Shown: one piece after another, positions 58,340 through 64,000 of the stretch
How the letters are laid out: each line of letters starts with the position of its first letter
Numbering within the stretch: the stretch's first letter is position 1
Assembly: GCA_043803405.1 (NCBI GenBank)
Contig: JAZDKB010000018.1
Location: forward strand, 32,001 to 96,000
Reading direction: 5' to 3'
DNA length: 64,000 nt
From: Spirochaetota bacterium
Lineage (GTDB): Bacteria; Spirochaetota; UBA4802; JAFGDQ01
Translations under genes and position numbers: made by a program
The notes under the pieces: model-generated
The model's input: only the letters and a program-made list of their open reading frames with translations
Told to the model about the DNA's origin: nothing
Databases searched by the model: none

Positions 58340-59672
58340 CGATGAAATCAACATTGTAAAAACGCTTTCAGCCATTTTGCAGGATGAAGGTCATGATACG
58401 TATTCAAGCGAAAACGGCAAAGGTGCCATCGATTTTTTAAGCAGGAACGAATGCGATCTCGTTTTTCTGGATGTCTGGCTGCCGGATATCGACGGGACGC
58501 TGGTTTTAGAAAAGATCAGACAGTCGAATCCTGAGGTCGCAGTGATTATGATATCAGGGCACGCCTCCATTGATGTTGCTGTAAAATCCACGAGAATGGG
58601 CGCTCTGGATTTTCTCGAAAAGCCTTTATCCATGCAGAGAGTAATAACTTCGCTGAATAATGCCCTTGAGCGCGTTATGCTGAAAAAAGAAAACATAAGG
58701 CTCAGGAAAGAAGCGATAGTAGAAGATGAGATGATCGGCGAAGCCGACGGGATAAAGGAAGTCCGCAATATAATTGAAACAGCTGCAGGAACAAACGCCA
58801 GGGTGTTTATTACGGGCGAAAACGGGACTGGAAAAGAGCTGGTAGCAAAGGCAATTCATAAAAATTCAAAGAGATCTTCCAAACCTCTGATAAAAGTAAA
58901 CTGTGCTGCTATTCCTGATGAGCTTATCGAGAGCGAGTTATTCGGCCATGAAAAGGGCTCCTTTACCGGAGCATCGAACAGAAGACTCGGGAAATTCGAG
59001 ATTGCGAACGGGGGCACAATTTTTCTTGATGAGATTTGCGACATGAGCGCAAGCGCGCAGGCAAAGGTGCTCCGGGTTCTTCAGGAGCAGCAATTCGAAC
59101 GCGTCGGGGGCAATGACCCGGTAACGGTAGATGTAAGAGTAATTGCAGCCACAAACATTGACGTGAAAAAGGCTATTGAAGAAGGCAGGTTCAGGGAAGA
59201 TCTTTATTACAGGCTGAACGTTATTCCAATTCATGTGCCGTCGCTCGCGGAAAGGAAAGAAGACATACCGGTTCTTACAAAATATTTTCTTAATATATTT
59301 TCCAAGGAACACGGGCTTGGAGAAAAGGAAATGACAGATGATGCCATGAATTTCCTGATCAAGCATAACTGGCCTGGCAATGTGCGCGAACTTAAGAATA
59401 TAATTGAACGTTTAACTATAATGGTGCAGTCGGATGTAATCGATAAAGATGATATTGCAAGGCATATCGGATCATACGATTATGAAGATGTGATGTCAGG
59501 AGACACATCCACGCTTAAACAGGCAAGAGAGGAATTCGAGAAAGAGTATATAATCAGAGCCTTAAAGAAAAATAATAATAACATCAGCTCAACCGCCAGG
59601 GAGCTTGGAATAGAAAGAACTAATCTTCACAGAAAAGTGAAGCAGTATGATATCAATGTAGATAAGATATAA
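58317..59672 (+). CDS. Sigma54-type response regulator (NtrX-like)
   Basis: Receiver (LDVWLP), GENGTGKE, GSFTGA, WPGNVREL, Fis-type HTH. Confidence 0.93.
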   Translation: MAKILLVDDEINIVKTLSAILQDEGHDTYSSENGKGAIDFLSRNECDLVFLDVWLPDIDGTLVLEKIRQSNPEVAVIMISGHASIDVAVKSTRMGALDFLEKPLSMQRVITSLNNALERVMLKKENIRLRKEAIVEDEMIGEADGIKEVRNIIETAAGTNARVFITGENGTGKELVAKAIHKNSKRSSKPLIKVNCAAIPDELIESELFGHEKGSFTGASNRRLGKFEIANGGTIFLDEICDMSASAQAKVLRVLQEQQFERVGGNDPVTVDVRVIAATNIDVKKAIEEGRFREDLYYRLNVIPIHVPSLAERKEDIPVLTKYFLNIFSKEHGLGEKEMTDDAMNFLIKHNWPGNVRELKNIIERLTIMVQSDVIDKDDIARHIGSYDYEDVMSGDTSTLKQAREEFEKEYIIRALKKNNNNISSTARELGIERTNLHRKVKQYDINVDKI

Positions 59673-59691
59673 ATAAGGAAAAAATCAGTCA

Positions 59692-60816
59692 ATGACAGAT
59701 ATCTTATTTTATGACGGCATTTCGCCTGTGCCGAAAAACGGTAAAATGATACCGTATACAGACAATATTCAGATTGAAACACAAAGCGAATCCGGCGCCA
59801 GGGAAACCGTTTATGTTAAATACAGCGAAATTACAGAGATTTCAAAAACAGGAGATAAATCCGATATTAAATTCGCGGGGACGGATGAAAACTGCGCAAA
59901 CAGGCTTATAGTTTTCAGCGATCTAAAAACATATGAAATAATATACAGGAACTGGAGTTCGAATAAACAAAACTTTTTTTACGCTGCGTTTGTAAAACTT
60001 TCGGGCCTTTCGAATTTTAAAAAGGCAGCCCTTGCCCTTATTGCCGCTCCTGTTGCAATTCTAATTATAATGCAGATCCTGAACAGGACATATATTTTTT
60101 TTCCGCTGTCTGTCGACAGAGAACTCGGTTCCAGAGCAGGCGAGATCTTTTTAAAGGACGCAGCAGTTGTTAAAAACAGAAAAGCGCAGCATTTTATTGA
60201 AGATTTAACGAAAAAAATTGCCCCGAAAGATACCGTTAATAACTACAAGATATTTATTATAAAGAATCCTGAAATCAACGCCTTTTCGCTTACTGACGGC
60301 AGCTTATTAATATACACCGGATTAATAGACCGGACAGAAACACCTGAAGAACTTGCAGGCGTTCTTGCTCATGAGATAAGCCATGTTGAAATGCGGCACG
60401 GGCTTCGGCAATTAATTCGCGTTCTGGGGATCAGCTATTTAATATCATCTGTTGTAGGCGCAGGGATCGAGGGACTTGAGATACCGGAAACAATAAGCGA
60501 AATAGCCAATATTGCCATTTATAATAAATATTCCCGTGAATTTGAAAAGGAAGCGGATCTGAACTCAGTTAAACTTCTTCAAAATGCATGCATAAGTCCG
60601 GACGGGATAATGAAATTTTTTGAAAGATTAAATAAAAATAAAAATATGCCTGCTGTTTTAAGCTGGTTTAATTCGCATCCGAGTTTCGACAGCAGAATTA
60701 AATATTTAACCGATGAAATAAAGCATACAAAAACTTCACAGAGTAAAAAACAATTCCTTATGTCTAAAAATGAATGGGAAGCGCTTAAAGTCAGTCTTAA
60801 CAGGGAAGGCAAATAA
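59692..60816 (+). CDS. M48 family metallopeptidase
   Basis: NAFSL, HEISH, YSREFEKEAD, SHP. Confidence 0.9.
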   Translation: MTDILFYDGISPVPKNGKMIPYTDNIQIETQSESGARETVYVKYSEITEISKTGDKSDIKFAGTDENCANRLIVFSDLKTYEIIYRNWSSNKQNFFYAAFVKLSGLSNFKKAALALIAAPVAILIIMQILNRTYIFFPLSVDRELGSRAGEIFLKDAAVVKNRKAQHFIEDLTKKIAPKDTVNNYKIFIIKNPEINAFSLTDGSLLIYTGLIDRTETPEELAGVLAHEISHVEMRHGLRQLIRVLGISYLISSVVGAGIEGLEIPETISEIANIAIYNKYSREFEKEADLNSVKLLQNACISPDGIMKFFERLNKNKNMPAVLSWFNSHPSFDSRIKYLTDEIKHTKTSQSKKQFLMSKNEWEALKVSLNREGK

Positions 60817-60818
60817 AA

Positions 60819-61325
60819 TTATTTTATATTATTTGCTTTTGCGAATTTAATATAATAATCTTCGTCTATTCTTTTCATTGTTCTTATTATCTCTGCTTTA
60901 ATTCTTTTATCAGAGGTTTTATATTCTTCCGAAATAAATTTCAAAACATCGGATTTATCGGATGAATATCCGAATATCCAGATAATGACAGGTTTAATGA
61001 AGTCCGATTCTTTTCCGTATCTTTCAATTAATAAATCCGTATCTATTAAATTATTATCCAGAAGAGAATAATAGCCTTCCAGCCTGAGCAATTCATCGCT
61101 GCTGTACAGCAGCTTTGCGGTATATATATATTTAAAAGGAGGTCTGTAAAACAACAGTGCAGTTCTGCTGCCTTTAAAAATACCTGTAATGATTTGCGAG
61201 CCTATAATGCGTCCAATGCCAAAACCGGAAACCAGAATGAAAATAAAAACAAGCGCAGCTATCAGCCTTTGCTTTGTTATTTTATTCTTAAACTGCTTTA
61301 ATCTTTCAGGTAAATCAGTCGCCAT
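60819..61325 (-). CDS. Membrane-anchored hypothetical protein
   Basis: 168-aa ORF with one TM helix. Confidence 0.65.
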   Translation of the reverse strand: MATDLPERLKQFKNKITKQRLIAALVFIFILVSGFGIGRIIGSQIITGIFKGSRTALLFYRPPFKYIYTAKLLYSSDELLRLEGYYSLLDNNLIDTDLLIERYGKESDFIKPVIIWIFGYSSDKSDVLKFISEEYKTSDKRIKAEIIRTMKRIDEDYYIKFAKANNIK

Positions 61326-61512
61326 AATTTAAACTATATTTTAGCTTTACACTATAATCATCTGATCAAATTTCTTGACAAATGAATAGCTCATTTATAC
61401 AGATTGAGCAGAATCATGGCAATCTTAAATTGCTGTTTAAAAATATTTTAGCTAATTCTTGAATTATCTTGCGAAATAGACTCTAGACCGTAAATTATAT
61501 TACAAGTGAATT

Positions 61513-62406
61513 TTGGAGAAAGATATGGAAGCGCTTTTATCTGCAAAGATACCCGGAGTAAAAAAGAATTTCAGCGGTAAAGTAAGGGACGTATATAAAG
61601 TAGACAAAGAGCATCTGTTAATCGTATCAACAGACAGGTTATCTGCTTTTGATCATGTGTTCCCTAATGGTATCCCAGGTAAAGGCATTATTTTAAATAC
61701 AATATCGAATTTATGGTTTTCAAATATAACTTTTGTAAAAAATCATATTGTTGAGACAAACTTTGCCAATTTCCCGAAACCGTTTTGTAATTTTCCGGAA
61801 CTGCTTAAAGGTAGATCGGTAATTGTAAAAAAGGCAAAAAGAATCGACTTTGAATGCGTGGTCAGAGGCTATATAATAGGAAGCGGATGGAAGGACTACA
61901 ATGAGACCGGCAAAATATGCGGGATTAAACTGCCGAAAGGGCTTAAGATGGCAGAGGAACTCGGCTCGCCTATTTTTACGCCTGCTACAAAATCGGACAG
62001 CGGGCATGATATGAATGTATCTATAGAAATTATGCAGAAAAAACTAGGTTTCGATATTGCAGGCAGTCTTGCGGAGTTAAGCCTTAAAATATATGATTAC
62101 GGCAGAACAAAAATGAAAAAAGCAGGCATATTGCTTGCCGATACCAAACTGGAATTCGGAATACTGAACAAGGAAATAATTCTGATTGATGAAGCAATGA
62201 CACCGGACAGCTCGCGATTCTGGGATAATTCAACTTATAAAACAGGAGAGTCCCCTGCAAGTTTTGACAAGCAGATAATAAGGGATTACCTTGAAACTAC
62301 AGACTGGGATAAAAATTCCCCTCCGCCTTCTTTGCCGGATGAAATAGTAAACAAGACCAGGAAAAAATATGAGGAAATCCTTCAAAAAATAAAGTCGGTT
62401 TTATAA
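61513..62406 (+). CDS. purC: SAICAR synthetase
   Basis: GKVRDVY, TDRLSAFD, ECVVRGY, ADTKLEFG, TPDSSRFW; start could be ATG 61525. Confidence 0.97.
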   Translation: MEKDMEALLSAKIPGVKKNFSGKVRDVYKVDKEHLLIVSTDRLSAFDHVFPNGIPGKGIILNTISNLWFSNITFVKNHIVETNFANFPKPFCNFPELLKGRSVIVKKAKRIDFECVVRGYIIGSGWKDYNETGKICGIKLPKGLKMAEELGSPIFTPATKSDSGHDMNVSIEIMQKKLGFDIAGSLAELSLKIYDYGRTKMKKAGILLADTKLEFGILNKEIILIDEAMTPDSSRFWDNSTYKTGESPASFDKQIIRDYLETTDWDKNSPPPSLPDEIVNKTRKKYEEILQKIKSVL

Positions 62407-62517
62407 AAAATATTTAATTCTTAAACAAGCTAGTAATTTAATCAAGTTAAGGACTCCTTTTTTCGATAATATTACAGCGGATATTGCTTTGGCAGTATAA
62501 AAAATCGGGAGGAGTTA

Positions 62518-62952
62518 ATGGCATTACCTCAAAAGAGCCCATATAATCAATATAAACAGACTGAAATAAACACTGCAAACCAGGGAAAACTTATTGTAAT
62601 GTTGTACGACGGAGCAATTAAGTTTTTAAAGGCTGCAGTTGAAAATATGAATGTCAAAACTTACGATGTAGTAAACACAAACATTATAAAAGCCCAGGAT
62701 ATAATAACAGAACTTCTTCTTTCTTTAAACATGAAGGATGGCGGAGAAATTTCTTCGAATCTTTTTAATTTGTATTTATATTTCAAAAAAAGGCTTTTGG
62801 AAGCAAATATCCAGAAACAACCGGATATAATTCAGGAAGTGATCGTCCACATGAGCCTGCTGAGGGATTCCTGGAATAAAGTTTCTGCAAAAGAAAGCCC
62901 CACAGATAATACAAATATCACAAAAAAAGGAAGTTTTAGTATTGAGGGATGA
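62518..62952 (+). CDS. fliS: Flagellar export chaperone FliS
   Basis: TANQGKLIVMLYDGAI, KAQDIITEL, NLFNLY. Confidence 0.96.
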   Translation: MALPQKSPYNQYKQTEINTANQGKLIVMLYDGAIKFLKAAVENMNVKTYDVVNTNIIKAQDIITELLLSLNMKDGGEISSNLFNLYLYFKKRLLEANIQKQPDIIQEVIVHMSLLRDSWNKVSAKESPTDNTNITKKGSFSIEG

Positions 62953-63385
62953 TTTATCCGGTCTGTTCGGAAGATTGCTTTCTCTGTATAAAGAAAAACT
63001 GCGCTGTATTGATACATTAAAATCCAACGAAATTAATTTGCGATATTTGCTGCAATCCGGCAATGAGTCCGGCATTCCGGACGCGCTCCTGGCCGATGAT
63101 GAAATATTTATCCGGCTGGATTCCGTTGAATTCGACATTCGATCCATTACGGAACTAATCTGCAGAACAACCGGAATAGTCATAGCTAAATTCGAAGAAT
63201 ATTTTCTCGGCAGAAATGAAGATCCGTTACCTGAGATAAAAAGATTTAAAACCGAGATTGATATACAGCTGTCTGTTCTTATAAAAGAGAGGGACATGCT
63301 GATACATGATATGGAAAAAAAGCTCGCGGATTTAAAATTGGATATTCGGGCTTTTAAAATAATACGAAATTACAAAAGCGATTAA
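62942..63385 (+). CDS. Helical hypothetical protein downstream of fliS (possibly FliT/FlgN-like)
   Basis: ORF overlapping the fliS end; family guess from position only; start uncertain. Confidence 0.5.
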   Translation: MRDDLSGLFGRLLSLYKEKLRCIDTLKSNEINLRYLLQSGNESGIPDALLADDEIFIRLDSVEFDIRSITELICRTTGIVIAKFEEYFLGRNEDPLPEIKRFKTEIDIQLSVLIKERDMLIHDMEKKLADLKLDIRAFKIIRNYKSD

Positions 63386-63399
63386 CCGTTAAAAGTCTA

Positions 63400-64000
63400 T
63401 TACGTCCTGCTTTTGATGCTTCGTAAATAAGCGTAAATAAATCTGTTTATATCGCCGTCAAGAACGCCTGCAGTGTTTCCGGTCTCTTCATCCGTCCTGT
63501 GGTCTTTCACAAGAGTATACGGATGAAAAACATAAGACCTTATCTGATGCCCCCACGATATTTCCTTTTTCTCGCCCAGCATTTCCTGCTTTTCGGTTTC
63601 GCGTTCCTTCTTTCTTAAATCATATATTTTTGATTTTAATACTTTCATGGCAAAGGCTTTATTTTTGTGCTGAGATCTTTCGTTCTGGCACTGCACTATT
63701 ATGCCTGTGGGCATATGAGTGATGCGCACTGCCGAATCCGTAGTGTTTACGTGCTGGCCGCCTGCTCCGGAAGAACGGTATGTGTCTATGCGCAGGTCGG
63801 TTTCGTTTATTTCGATATCAATGTCGTCCGGCAGTTCGGGAATAATTTCAACAGAGGCGAATGATGTGTGCCTGCGCTTGTTGGCATCGAACGGAGAAAT
63901 CCGGACCAGCCTGTGAATGCCGCGTTCGCTTTTCAAATGGCCGTACGCGTAATCGCCTTTGATGAGCACTGTAACGCTTTTTATGCCAGCTTCCTCGCCG
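63400..64000 (-). CDS. prfB: Peptide chain release factor 2, 5' part outside the window
   Basis: SPF tripeptide (RISPFD), [14 protein letters not shown]. Confidence 0.97.
   Translation of the reverse strand, partial: GEEAGIKSVTVLIKGDYAYGHLKSERGIHRLVRISPFDANKRRHTSFASVEIIPELPDDIDIEINETDLRIDTYRSSGAGGQHVNTTDSAVRITHMPTGIIVQCQNERSQHKNKAFAMKVLKSKIYDLRKKERETEKQEMLGEKKEISWGHQIRSYVFHPYTLVKDHRTDEETGNTAGVLDGDINRFIYAYLRSIKSRT

Noticed and set aside
1..64000. CRISPR array, cas genes, integrase, transposase or reverse transcriptase
   Set aside because: No regularly spaced repeat-spacer array and no ORF with these motifs was seen
63400..64000. prfB programmed +1 frameshift site
   Set aside because: It would lie near the 5' end of the gene, outside this window

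Overview
AT-rich bacterial chromosome segment, most likely from an anaerobic, flagellated spirochaete (inferred from fliW-csrA, fliS, an MCP, LipL45-like FecR lipoproteins, bat genes, class III RNR and an ADP-forming acyl-CoA synthetase). Most of the window is housekeeping: mlaD, radA, glyA, galE, cutA, csp, adk, two tRNA-Ser, dnaX-ybaB-recR, der, batCDE-like genes, thyX, nrdD/nrdG, fliW-csrA-hprK-ptsH-ntrY/ntrX-like, purC, fliS and partial prfB. The notable part is an ~11.5 kb accessory block (4182-15753) that starts right after radA and is bracketed by copies of a ~125-150 bp GxxExxY-associated repeat. It holds three tandem lipoproteins whose DUF1566/CLec-like tails carry a codon pattern typical of diversity-generating retroelement (DGR) targets; no RT or template repeat is in the window. 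It also holds an ECF sigma / FecR-type operon in which four consecutive proteins share an Sm-like domain and end in a small OM beta-barrel and a beta-helix lipoprotein, with no TonB-dependent receptor. The lipoprotein array and the sigma gene share an identically spaced promoter-like motif, which suggests one regulon. Also seen: intergenic palindromes with a conserved core but unrelated, perfectly paired arms; a split NrdD with a stand-alone glycyl-radical peptide; a 56-bp non-coding motif present twice; and an unannotated 30-aa basic ORF. All family calls are by-eye motif recognition; no searches were run.
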